Origin: Chitinispirillia bacterium
Lineage (GTDB): Bacteria > Fibrobacterota > Chitinivibrionia > Chitinivibrionales > Chitinispirillaceae
DNA: 58,302 nt
Reading direction: 5' to 3'
Assembly: GCA_009786575.1 (NCBI GenBank)
Contig: WQRV01000001.1
Span: 1 to 58,302, forward strand
Program-made: the position numbers and the translations under genes
Shown here: in pieces, positions 8,599 to 17,982 of the stretch
How positions within the stretch are numbered: the first letter of the stretch is position 1
Layout: every line of letters starts with the position of its first letter
Notes under the pieces: model-generated
What the model was told of the DNA's origin: nothing
Databases searched by the model: none
The model's input: only the letters and a program-made list of their open reading frames with translations

Positions 8599-11500
8599 AT
8601 GTTAAGGAAAATTGAGATTGCAGCGCTGTTCGTCCTTGTTTTCTGCCTCTCCGCGATGGCGGCGCAGAAACAGGTGTTGAAGATTGTGCCCGACCCCAAC
8701 ACGGCAGGCGTGATGTCCGCCGATGACGTTATCAAGGTCGAGTGGGTGCAGCTGACCGGTCCCGGATCGCAGGATCTGGCGTCTGCCGTGAGCCGCGGCG
8801 GCATATACTTCGCTGCTTCACCGGCGGCCGGAGATTTGTCAAGATACACCAGGATTGCCAGGGCCATCGATGAAAATGTTGAATCGCAAGTCGGCACCGC
8901 AGCTTCCCTGCGCAGCAGGTTCATGCCGTCGCAGGCCGGCATAAGCCACGGCGCGTACTACTGTATAGTGGCATCGGTCGCCGAAGACGGGGATACGCTC
9001 TACTCTGATTATTTCACGCTTATGGTCGAGACTGCCACCGCGCCTACGATAGAGTTCCCCAAGGCGAACCTCATGGCCGGTGAGATGGTGGCCACAATCC
9101 CCGATCTCACCCCGCGTTTCAGGTGGACCGGCGTCTCCGGTGTGCCGTATTACCATGTAATACTCTCTGACAAGCCTATCATCAGCGGTTCCGGGCTGAG
9201 TTCGAATATTAGCGTCATCTGGCAGGCGATCACGCCGGCGACGAGCATTGCGTACGGCGCGCCCGATCCGTCGGGGACCATCACGGCCGCCCCGCCGCCC
9301 CTTACTCCGGGCAAGACCTATTCGTGGATGGTGCTGAACAACTACGGCAACCACATGGCCTTCTCCTCTTCCGCCGCGATAAATCCGATGGATGTGGCGC
9401 AGGCCCAGTTTAAGATCGCCGGGACGCCGATAAACGCTCCGCAGGCTGTGTGGCCCGTGAACGGCGATACGCTGTCGGCGCCCTCTTTTGAGTTCAGGCT
9501 GACCGGCCAGGATTCGCGCGCCAACGCCTACAGGATAGACCTCTTCACCACCGCCAGTACCGAGGAACTGGGCGCTGGCGGGTTGGGCGACATGAAGGCG
9601 GACCTGCTGGTCTGGACGACCACGGTCTCCCCCGGGACTCAGGATGCGCTAAGCGTCCCGTTCGACGCGGCCGGTACGCTGACCGGCGGGCAGTACACAT
9701 GGCGCGCCTACGCGCTCGACAGCAGGGGAGCTGGTTCGAGTGATGCGGCCTCCGCCTCTTCATTCTATTATAAGGCAACTGTGGGCGATGTCAGGATAAG
9801 GACGCTTGAGATGATTGGCGGGCCGGGCGGTTTCGCGTCGCCGGTTGGCTTTGTTGAGATGCGCACCGAGGTTTTGTCCGGCCCCACGCAGGCCCCGCTC
9901 GCCTTCTTTACAAACAACAACGGCTACTCCGACAGGTCGTTTCCTTACGGGCGCTACCGTATTACGGCTGTTAAGGATGGGTACAACAACCAGTCCATTA
10001 CAGTAAATGTAGACGGTACAGCGGAGCGGGACACTATCTTTATGGTTCGCCCGCAGGCGGTAATTTACGGGCAGGCGCTTGCGGCCGACGGGACGCCGCT
10101 CAACTTGGCGAAGGTAACGGCGGTATCCGAGTGGGGCGACACACTTACGGCGTTTACGGGCGGCAACGGCAGTTTCACCATAGGCTGCAACGCGGCGCAG
10201 TGGACTATCACGTTCGATAAAGCCGGGTACCGCACCAGCGCCCCCAGGAGGGTTACGCTGAGAGTGGGTGACAACAGGAACTTCGGTTCGGTCACGCTCG
10301 TGAGGAACCCAAATTCGCTTACCGGTGTGGTCAAGAACGCCGGCGGCGGTCCGCTCATAGGTGCGAGGGTGCGGGTATTCACTGCCGGCGGCGTGTCTGT
10401 CGATGAACTGGCGTCTACCCCTGATAACGGTTCGTTCGCGTTCTATCTCAACTCCGGGACTTTTGTAGTGACGGCCGAAAAAGCCGGCTTCGCGATGTTC
10501 AGCAGGACCATTACGGTTACGGGGTCAACCGTTTTGGATATTACGCTGCCTGAGGGCGCGGCGCTTGTCAACGGCGTTATAATAGGCAAGAGCTGGGACG
10601 CCGGGAGGAAAGGTTATGTCTCCGCGCCGGTCACCTCGGCGCTTATCAGATTTTGGGACGATACGGATACCCTGATGGTTACAAGCGACGCCACGTTCGG
10701 GCGGTTCTCGGTTAGCTTGCCGGTCGGAAGAGCCTATAATGTGTTGCCGTCTGCGGCGGGGTTCAATGCGGGGGTTATAAGCAGGTTGTCAACATCGGAG
10801 GATTCTATCGCGGCGAGCGGTGGGACTATGGCTTTTACCGATACTCTCAACGCGTTTTTGACGATCAAGGGTATGGTCAGGGATAGTAAAGGCGACCCGG
10901 TTTCGGGTGTTGATGTATTTGTTAATGCGGTACAAGGCATCATAGCGTCGGGCCGGACTGCGGTTGGCGGCAGGTACGATATTAGGAATATCCCGGACAA
11001 TCTCCCCACCGAGATTTATTCGGTCAGCGCGGGGCGCAGCGGCTATTATATGACAGGGCACGCGTATCTGCTTAGTGTGCGGAACGGGGGGCCCAATATA
11101 GACTCCGATAAATTTGACTTCGATATGGCCGCGGGTAAAGAGTCTATAGTGTGGGAGGTGTCGGATGCCAATTACGGTATTATCAAGGTGGTGTCGCCAT
11201 TCCACAAAACAGTTGATTTTAACTATTCCAATCCCGAAAAGCCTCAAGTCGCGCGGGCCGACTCGGTTGGCCCGGTCTATCACATTATAGAGGCTGTAGC
11301 CGAGTCTGACCCGAACCGGCTCGAACTATCATACCACAGCTTCAAAGTCACGGAAACGGTTATTGGGGTAACAAAAATAGGGCCGGATACAATTGCCGTC
11401 AGGTTTCCTTTTGAGCACCGCAGCCCCGGCGCGGTCGAGATGGATCCCAACACCGGCAAGTACTCGCTAACTGTAAATGTCGCTGCCGTTATGCCCGACG

Positions 11501-13302
11501 CGGATATTGTGGCGGTGGATTTGTATCACAGGAGCGAGGGCCGTACGCAATTTTCCCGTGAACCGTATAATATTTACCGGCCTATCCCGGTCGAAATTAT
11601 AAGCCTCCCGGTGCCCTTTATGCCCGTTAGGGACGGTACCGACCTATTCTACTACTTCTCGGTTCGTGTTCGTGTGCCGTCAAAAGGCGCCAACGGTGCC
11701 GTTACTTACGATACTCTGACCTACGGCTCCTCCAAGCAGATATTCAGCACATTTGTCAGGCCCGAACCCACGATCCTCAGCCGCGTTGCCGTTACGCCGG
11801 GTGTGTCGGGCAGGGATACGCTTGTTATGCCGTCATCCTATACGGCAGAATTCAGGTTCGGCGCGTTCTACAGCGATCAGTTTATTTCTGTAGACTCTTT
11901 GGCTCTTGCGAAGGGGGAGGCGGGTACGGTCAGGTGGCTCGTCAACGGATCGCCGGCGGGTACCGGCGTTTCGTTCCGCTACCCTACACCATCAGGCGCT
12001 GAGAACATTACGTTGCGCGCGGAGTTCACTCCGGGCGGAGGCTATAAAATGAAAGACGGGGCTGCCGCTGCGGTGGAGATGCCTGTTAGGGTTACCGGCC
12101 AGGCGCTGGAGTCCATAACCGTTATTCGCAGTGGCGAAGAGGGGGAGATATCGAGCGGCGAGCAGGCCGGTTTTCGCGCTCAGGCATTTGACAGGGGCGG
12201 CGCTTCGGTAACGGTATCGCCGGTGTGGAGCGTTCGGCCCTACGCTGCCGGCGGGATTACTCCTGACGGCACGTTTATGTCGGCCCCGGATTTCTTCGGC
12301 ACCGCGATGGTTACGGCGGTCGCCGGCGGCAGGAGCGCATCGTACGCCGAACAGGGCGAAGGGCCGGGGCAGAAGGTGTTTTACAGGCTCCGGCGCAGCT
12401 CCGCTGCCGTCAGGGTCAGCACCGGCATGGGGCTTGGCTTAGAGTTTTCGCCCTGGAGCATTGCGGCGAACCGTGAGGCCGGCATCAAGATGACGGTTCC
12501 GGAACTTACAAACTACGTGCTGAGGGGCCCCGATGGGTTCCGGATGGCCGATTCCGCGGCGTTTGATGTTACCATAAAGAATTTCGAAGCGATCGACAGC
12601 GCGGTTGTTATTGTAATGGATGTTCCGGCGCACCTGAGGGAATCAGCGGCGTCTCGGAGCCAGGAGTTCATGGTCGCGAAGTGGTTCTCCGACAGTTTGA
12701 TGTGGATTCCCATTGAGGGCAGCGAGATCAGTCAGGATGGGGCGAGGGTCACCGCGAAACTGACAAAGCAGGGCGCGCTCCCTAAGAAGCGGTTGTCCAA
12801 GCGGGCCGCCGCCGCAGCGGGCGTTCAGGCAAGGGCGCGGGCGCTTGAGGAGAGCGCGCGCTACGCGCTGGTAACGAAGACGGCCGAGCTCTCTGCCAGC
12901 ATGTCCATCTCTCCGCACCCATTCTCGCCGTACATCCGTCCGTTCAAGGAGTATGGCCATGGCGCGCCGGCCGGCACGTGCGTAAAGGTTAACGTGGAGG
13001 CGCCTGAGGGCTCGGTCAGGAGCGTGCAGGTGCACGTCTACAACGCGACGGGTACGCGCGTGTGGGCGGTTTACAGGCAGAATGTTCCGGCTGGGCAGAC
13101 TCACCAATTTTGGTGGAACGGCCGGACGAGCGGCAACGGCAGCGGCCGGACGTCGGTCAGCGAGGTGGAGTGGACCCCGGATATGCATCTGAATGCCGAC
13201 AGGCCGATGTGCAGAAACGGGCGGTACTTTGTCCATGTGACGGTAACGGATATGAAGGGCGGACAAAAGCGTTTAATGAAGCCGGTAGTGTTAATGAAAT
13301 AA
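8599..13302 (+). CDS. Giant (1567 aa) secreted surface protein: FN3/Ig-like repeats, CarboxypepD_reg-like repeats, Big_2-like domain, FlgD-Ig/T9SS-type C-terminal tail
   Basis: Signal peptide MLRKIEIAALFVLVFCLSAMAA. Repeats such as IYGQALAADGTPLNLAKVTAV..GNGSFTI, LTGVVKNAGGGPLIGARVRVF..DNGSFAF and IKGMVRDSKGDPVSGVDVFV..GGRYDIRNIP. The C-terminus reads ..VHVYNATGTRVWAVYRQNVPAGQTHQFWWNG..GRYFVHVTVTDMKGGQKRLMKPVVLMK. Confidence 0.85.
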   Translation: MLRKIEIAALFVLVFCLSAMAAQKQVLKIVPDPNTAGVMSADDVIKVEWVQLTGPGSQDLASAVSRGGIYFAASPAAGDLSRYTRIARAIDENVESQVGTAASLRSRFMPSQAGISHGAYYCIVASVAEDGDTLYSDYFTLMVETATAPTIEFPKANLMAGEMVATIPDLTPRFRWTGVSGVPYYHVILSDKPIISGSGLSSNISVIWQAITPATSIAYGAPDPSGTITAAPPPLTPGKTYSWMVLNNYGNHMAFSSSAAINPMDVAQAQFKIAGTPINAPQAVWPVNGDTLSAPSFEFRLTGQDSRANAYRIDLFTTASTEELGAGGLGDMKADLLVWTTTVSPGTQDALSVPFDAAGTLTGGQYTWRAYALDSRGAGSSDAASASSFYYKATVGDVRIRTLEMIGGPGGFASPVGFVEMRTEVLSGPTQAPLAFFTNNNGYSDRSFPYGRYRITAVKDGYNNQSITVNVDGTAERDTIFMVRPQAVIYGQALAADGTPLNLAKVTAVSEWGDTLTAFTGGNGSFTIGCNAAQWTITFDKAGYRTSAPRRVTLRVGDNRNFGSVTLVRNPNSLTGVVKNAGGGPLIGARVRVFTAGGVSVDELASTPDNGSFAFYLNSGTFVVTAEKAGFAMFSRTITVTGSTVLDITLPEGAALVNGVIIGKSWDAGRKGYVSAPVTSALIRFWDDTDTLMVTSDATFGRFSVSLPVGRAYNVLPSAAGFNAGVISRLSTSEDSIAASGGTMAFTDTLNAFLTIKGMVRDSKGDPVSGVDVFVNAVQGIIASGRTAVGGRYDIRNIPDNLPTEIYSVSAGRSGYYMTGHAYLLSVRNGGPNIDSDKFDFDMAAGKESIVWEVSDANYGIIKVVSPFHKTVDFNYSNPEKPQVARADSVGPVYHIIEAVAESDPNRLELSYHSFKVTETVIGVTKIGPDTIAVRFPFEHRSPGAVEMDPNTGKYSLTVNVAAVMPDADIVAVDLYHRSEGRTQFSREPYNIYRPIPVEIISLPVPFMPVRDGTDLFYYFSVRVRVPSKGANGAVTYDTLTYGSSKQIFSTFVRPEPTILSRVAVTPGVSGRDTLVMPSSYTAEFRFGAFYSDQFISVDSLALAKGEAGTVRWLVNGSPAGTGVSFRYPTPSGAENITLRAEFTPGGGYKMKDGAAAAVEMPVRVTGQALESITVIRSGEEGEISSGEQAGFRAQAFDRGGASVTVSPVWSVRPYAAGGITPDGTFMSAPDFFGTAMVTAVAGGRSASYAEQGEGPGQKVFYRLRRSSAAVRVSTGMGLGLEFSPWSIAANREAGIKMTVPELTNYVLRGPDGFRMADSAAFDVTIKNFEAIDSAVVIVMDVPAHLRESAASRSQEFMVAKWFSDSLMWIPIEGSEISQDGARVTAKLTKQGALPKKRLSKRAAAAAGVQARARALEESARYALVTKTAELSASMSISPHPFSPYIRPFKEYGHGAPAGTCVKVNVEAPEGSVRSVQVHVYNATGTRVWAVYRQNVPAGQTHQFWWNGRTSGNGSGRTSVSEVEWTPDMHLNADRPMCRNGRYFVHVTVTDMKGGQKRLMKPVVLMK

Positions 13303-13349
13303 TCGCACCGGGCGTCCCCGCAAGGGCGTCCTGTTTATTGGAGGCGCAA

Positions 13350-15152
13350 GTGAGATATATCAAGATGGCATTGTTGGGATGCGTGTGTATCGCATCGTTG
13401 GCATTCGGGCAGGCGCATCCGGCTGCTCAACCGGTACATCCGGCGGCTCATCCCGTTGCGCAGCCGGTACAGCCGGCGGCGCAGGCGGCAGTGTCCCAGG
13501 AGGCGGCCGGCGCTCATAAGACGGTGGATGCTGCCGCTGTGGACGAACCGAAAGAGGTTGTCTCCGGCGATAGTGCCCAGGTAATGGATATTGCCGCGGA
13601 CGAATCTGCCGATAGCGCGAAATCGGCCGGCGAAGCGGCAGCGCAGGAAGAGTCCGCAAAAGAGGAAGAGCCGGCCGCCGTGGCTGAATCAGCCGGATCC
13701 GGGCCCAAAACCGTACTCGGCGTTCTGTTGCTTGAGTCTGCCACCGGCCCCGCGGAACTGGCCGTTGGGATGACAAAAACGCTTATCGAAAACCTGAACG
13801 CGATGGGGCGCTACGAGATGTACTACCCCGATGACATCAGCAGTGCGCTGGAGAGGAACGGTGAGCGTACGCCGGCCGGCTGCCGCGACCCGCGATGCGT
13901 AAACGATATCGGCAAGGCAATCGGCGCGCTCAGGATGATATACGGCTCAATAGATAAAAACGACGAGCGCTACGGCGTGCGTTTGGAGATGATGAACGTC
14001 AAAAGCGGCGGAATTGAAACCGTGAGCGTTGAGGGCGCGCCCGGCGTTCCCGCCAAGGATGTGCTGGCCGCCGCGCTTGCCCGCGTACACGGCGACGAAT
14101 CCGCGACGGCGAATTTATCCAAGTACTATGGCCCGCCAATTAACAACATTGTTGAGCTTTTGTGGTCTACGGTCGCCGTGCAGGGCGTGGGTATTTTCTA
14201 CACGCTGATAAATTACGGCGTCGGCGGCAGCGAGGGCTCGCGGGATATGGACGGTTACACGGGCTATAACAAGAATGAGAAACTCTCCGGCATATATGCG
14301 TCTTCGAACCAGATTCCGGTCTTTGCCCGCCCTGCGGCGCTGGCTAATGCGTATACTGCGGTCTCGGATGACGCCTATGGCGTGCTCTACAACCCAGCCG
14401 GTATGGCCTGGGTAACCAAGAGGGACGCCGTTATCGCCTACCAGTCACGTTTCGGCATGGACCTGATAGCCGCCTCATACGCCAACAGGGCCACGCGGGA
14501 ACTCGGCTTCGGTCAGGCGATTCTGATGGCCACCGACCGCGACGGCGCCATGACCGAGATGTACTTCGTGTCGGCTTTCGGCTACAAATTCAATCAGGAC
14601 TACCTCTTTGGCCCGGTTTCGGTTGGCGCGTCCGTCAAGTTCATGGGCAACACCGTCCGCGCACTGTCGCCCGACTCACCGTACGGCCAATCCTACGGCG
14701 CTGGCCTCGACCTGGGCGCTATGTGGGAACTGTCAAAAAATATCCGCTACGGGCTGCTATTGAGGGACCTGCCATCCGCAAACATGTGGAAAAACAGGAC
14801 CACCGGCGAGCGCTATTCCGAATCCCAGCCGGCTACGCTGCACATGGGCGGAAGCTACAAGCCGGGCTACTCGGCATTTTTGACCGCCGACGGCCAAATC
14901 CCGATCTACGCCGACCAGCCATGGGTTATGGCCGGCGGTATAGAGTACGAATTCTTCAGAATGCTCGCGCTTAGGATAGGCCTGCAGAGGGAGATACTGA
15001 ACGATGATGCCGGCTGGTGGAAAATCACCTGCGGTGCCGGTTTCAAGTTCGGCGTAAACAGCGGCAGGGACATGTCGCTCGACTTGGCGTACGAATACAA
15101 CACGCTCGACCTGTTCCCGGTCATAAACGTGTCGGTTAAGGCAGGGTTTTGA
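13350..15152 (+). CDS. PorV/PorQ-like (FadL-fold) outer-membrane barrel fused to an N-terminal low-complexity linker and a TolB-N/LpoB-like periplasmic domain
   Basis: GTG 13350 lies 5 nt after GGAGG. Signal peptide MALLGCVCIASLAFGQA, then HPAAQPV-type oligopeptide repeats and an acidic tract. A domain follows with ..CRDPRCVNDIGKAIGALRMIYGSI... The barrel begins with the PorV-like motif ARPAALANAYTAVSDDAYGVLYNPAGMA and ends ..VINVSVKAGF. Confidence 0.7.
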   Translation: MRYIKMALLGCVCIASLAFGQAHPAAQPVHPAAHPVAQPVQPAAQAAVSQEAAGAHKTVDAAAVDEPKEVVSGDSAQVMDIAADESADSAKSAGEAAAQEESAKEEEPAAVAESAGSGPKTVLGVLLLESATGPAELAVGMTKTLIENLNAMGRYEMYYPDDISSALERNGERTPAGCRDPRCVNDIGKAIGALRMIYGSIDKNDERYGVRLEMMNVKSGGIETVSVEGAPGVPAKDVLAAALARVHGDESATANLSKYYGPPINNIVELLWSTVAVQGVGIFYTLINYGVGGSEGSRDMDGYTGYNKNEKLSGIYASSNQIPVFARPAALANAYTAVSDDAYGVLYNPAGMAWVTKRDAVIAYQSRFGMDLIAASYANRATRELGFGQAILMATDRDGAMTEMYFVSAFGYKFNQDYLFGPVSVGASVKFMGNTVRALSPDSPYGQSYGAGLDLGAMWELSKNIRYGLLLRDLPSANMWKNRTTGERYSESQPATLHMGGSYKPGYSAFLTADGQIPIYADQPWVMAGGIEYEFFRMLALRIGLQREILNDDAGWWKITCGAGFKFGVNSGRDMSLDLAYEYNTLDLFPVINVSVKAGF

Positions 15153-15159
15153 ATGGTAA

Positions 15160-16767
15160 TCAAAAATCAATCACCAGCAGCGTTGTGTCATCCTCCGGCA
15201 GCACACCGTTGCAAAACATCTTTTGGCTTTCCAGGATTGCCTCCATCGCCGCGTTCGGCTCTAACCCTACCGTCTCTTTCGCCGCCATTACTAACCGGTC
15301 CGTCCCGAACATCTCCGATTCTTGGTTAACCGCTTCCGTTAACCCGTCCGTATAGAGCACAAGGCGGTGCTCGCCGGGTATGTAGCCCATCTCCTTCTCC
15401 GCGAGCATCATGTCGGGGAAGACACCCATGAAGAGCCCGTCGGCCTTTAACAGCTCGTGTTCGCCGGTCTTTTTATGTAAAAAGGGGACCGGGCAGTGCC
15501 CCGACGAAGTGTACCGTATTTTCCTTGCGGAGATGTCGAATACCGCATAGAATACGGTGACGAAGTGCTCGGTCGCGACCTCGTTGATAAGCGCTTCATT
15601 GATCCTTTCCAGCGTTTTCTGCGGCGACATTTCATCCCTCGAAAACGTCCTCAGCAAGACTTTTACCATAGACATAATGAGCGCCGACGCGACGCCGTGC
15701 CCCGATACGTCGGCCACGATAAGTCCGTATGCGCTGCCGCTGATATTGAAGAGGTCGTAGTAGTCGCCGCCCACCTGGTTTGCCGCGACGTAGCGCGAGC
15801 TGATGCGGTAGGCGTCGCCGGAACTTGCGATGTCCGGCAGAAGCCGCTGTTGTATTGAGCGCGCCTGTTCTAGGTCGAGGCGGATCTTCGCCTGCGCGAT
15901 TTCGAGCTCGTCGTTTACCTTGCGCAGCGTCTCGTTGGTGGTCATCAGCTGCCGGTTGACCGCGTCGAGCGCATTCATCATGCGGAAATTCTCGAATACA
16001 AGCCCCGAAAGCGTGATGATGTTCGTCAGGTTCGTTATATCGTCGCTCGTGATAGGCTGCCGGCTCCTGCTGCGGTCGAGCCAGAATACCCCTTCCACCT
16101 TGAACGCGGCGCACATGAGGCAGCGCTTGCGCCGCTCGTCTTCGGAGAGGCCGGGGTCGCAGTCGTTCATGCTCCAGCAGTATGGATTCACGCTCCCGTA
16201 GCTTCGGCATGATTTTTTAGTGCAGCCCCGTATTTCCCAGCACTTGCGCGTGGGCTTCTTGAGGAGCGGCACTACGATGTAGGACGGGGACTGCAATTCT
16301 GCGGCGAAGATGTCGAATTCCGGGTCCGGCTCCTCCACGTATATGTGCCGGTTCAGGAAGATTGCGTCGGTGATGTCTCCGCCGTCGAACCCCATCATAA
16401 CCGTGGCCCGCCTTGCCGCGTCGTCATCGACCCCTACCCAGTTGCTGGGTTCTAAGCAGAACCGGTCGGGTTTGACCGTAAAGAGGATCGCCCGGTCGAA
16501 GTGCACCAGGTCCTGAAACGACAGCAGCACGGTCTTGACGATGCCCTCAAGGTCGGTACAGGAGTGCAGCACTTTCACCAGTTCGTTGATGAGCGAGGCG
16601 TTGATGAGCTGCGTCTTAAGCATCTCGTTTTGCGAGAGCAGTTCATGCAGGCTGGAGTGTGCTCCCGGGTCGTTGTTGCTCAGGTTGTCCATATCTTCAA
16701 AGTTTTCCTTGATTTTGTAAGTGGCATTAACTATATTAATATATTCTATACGCAGGGGGGTGCGCAA
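15160..16767 (-). CDS. PP2C/SpoIIE-family serine phosphatase (RsbU-like) with a GAF domain interrupted by a Cys-rich insert; start uncertain (TTG 16767 or ATG 16692)
   Basis: C-terminal half has VGGDYYDLF...GLIVADVSGHGVASAL...LVLYTDGLTEAVN (PP2C/SpoIIE motifs). The N-terminal half is GAF-like with KCWEIRGCTKKSCRSYGSVNPYCWSMNDCDPG...RCLMCAAF inserted. Confidence 0.85.
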   Translation of the reverse strand: MRTPLRIEYINIVNATYKIKENFEDMDNLSNNDPGAHSSLHELLSQNEMLKTQLINASLINELVKVLHSCTDLEGIVKTVLLSFQDLVHFDRAILFTVKPDRFCLEPSNWVGVDDDAARRATVMMGFDGGDITDAIFLNRHIYVEEPDPEFDIFAAELQSPSYIVVPLLKKPTRKCWEIRGCTKKSCRSYGSVNPYCWSMNDCDPGLSEDERRKRCLMCAAFKVEGVFWLDRSRSRQPITSDDITNLTNIITLSGLVFENFRMMNALDAVNRQLMTTNETLRKVNDELEIAQAKIRLDLEQARSIQQRLLPDIASSGDAYRISSRYVAANQVGGDYYDLFNISGSAYGLIVADVSGHGVASALIMSMVKVLLRTFSRDEMSPQKTLERINEALINEVATEHFVTVFYAVFDISARKIRYTSSGHCPVPFLHKKTGEHELLKADGLFMGVFPDMMLAEKEMGYIPGEHRLVLYTDGLTEAVNQESEMFGTDRLVMAAKETVGLEPNAAMEAILESQKMFCNGVLPEDDTTLLVIDF

Positions 16768-16826
16768 TCCCTTTTTGCGGATATTTTTACCACGTATAAG
16801 ACAGAAGGCAGGGGAGGGGCGGTAAG

Positions 16827-17495
16827 TTGGACATTAAGCAGAAAAAAAGTACGGTGCAGGAAGGGGCGAACCCGCTTGTAGACAGTATCCTGAGCATGAA
16901 GGAATTTTTCAAGAAAAACGGCTCGACCATCGTGGCCTGCCTTGTGGCGGCCGTGATTATCGGAGGCGGGTATTATTTCTATAACCGTATGAAAGAGAAC
17001 AACATACGCAAGGCTCAGGAGATTTTTGGCGTGGCAATTATGGACTACAGCGCCGGCAACGCCGAACAGGCGCTCAAGTTGTTTGGCCAGATTGCCAACG
17101 ACCACCGGAACACGCCGGTCGCCACGATGAGCGCGTTCATGGCCGGCAGCATCTGCCTGCAGCAGAAAAATCCCGGCCAGGCGATAACATGGTTCGAGGC
17201 CGCGGTGAACGGGCCGGCGGCCGGTTTCGTGCGGGGGCAGGCGCTCGAGGGGCTCGCCGCCGCCTGCGAGGAGAATGGCGACACCGCTGGCGCCATCAGG
17301 TACTTGGAGAGGGCGCTGCGGGACAGGGACGCGGCGCACAGGCACAACGCTATCCGCTGGAGGCTGGCGCTGCTCAACAAAGACAATCCCGGCGCGGCAA
17401 GCGTCTATTGCAAAGACCTGATAGCCGACACGCTGGCGGCGTCGTTCCACCAGAAAGCGGAAAACCTGCTGGCCGCGGTAAATGCCGGCAAGTAG
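16827..17495 (+). CDS. Membrane-anchored TPR protein (YfgM-like architecture)
   Basis: TTG start after GGGGAGGGG. One TM helix (IVACLVAAVIIGGGYYFY) followed by TPR-like helices (AEQALKLFGQIAND.., GDTAGAIRYLERAL). Confidence 0.7.
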   Translation: MDIKQKKSTVQEGANPLVDSILSMKEFFKKNGSTIVACLVAAVIIGGGYYFYNRMKENNIRKAQEIFGVAIMDYSAGNAEQALKLFGQIANDHRNTPVATMSAFMAGSICLQQKNPGQAITWFEAAVNGPAAGFVRGQALEGLAAACEENGDTAGAIRYLERALRDRDAAHRHNAIRWRLALLNKDNPGAASVYCKDLIADTLAASFHQKAENLLAAVNAGK

Positions 17496-17615
17496 GTGTT
17501 GATGATATAATGGTGACGCCGCGTGGAGAATTTGCCCCGCCGGCGGCATATCCGGACATTGCAGGGGCGGCATTCCGCCGCCCGCCATATATGACAATAA
17601 AAAGGAGATCAATAC

Positions 17616-17954
17616 ATGAAAGTCCTGGTTTTAGACGACACAAAGAAGCAGAAGGACAACATAAAAGAGGCCTTCTGGAAGAAAAAGATGGACGCGGACG
17701 TCTGCGTCTCTTCCAACGAGTTTATGGACGCGCTCGGCGCAGCCAAATTTGAGACGGTCTACATCAACGCCGAAACGTGGAGCAAGGGCAGGGCCATCTA
17801 CGACTACTTCGGTGCCGGTTCCAGGCTTGAAGGCAAGCCGGTGGTAATCTACAATGCCGCCGAAAAGTTCGCGCCCATAAACAACAGGACGCCTGTAGAG
17901 CAAGACAGAACTATACGCCAGCCCTCAAATTTCGAAACGGCGCTGGAAGGGTAA
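17616..17954 (+). CDS. Single-domain receiver-like protein lacking the phospho-acceptor Asp (pseudo-receiver)
   Basis: MKVLVLDD keeps the acidic pair. At the end of beta3 (TVYINAE) Asn replaces the CheY-D57 equivalent, and the T87 equivalent also reads Asn (by-eye alignment). AAAGGAG RBS. Confidence 0.65.
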   Translation: MKVLVLDDTKKQKDNIKEAFWKKKMDADVCVSSNEFMDALGAAKFETVYINAETWSKGRAIYDYFGAGSRLEGKPVVIYNAAEKFAPINNRTPVEQDRTIRQPSNFETALEG

Positions 17955-17982
17955 GTTTCTTAACCGAAGGACGGCGGGCAAA

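Noticed and set aside
13062-13349. N-terminal 96-aa extension of the PorV-like ORF overlapping the 3' end of the giant protein gene.
   Set aside because: The extension has no signal peptide and overlaps 240 nt of a well-supported CDS. GTG 13350 has a GGAGG RBS and is immediately followed by a signal peptide.
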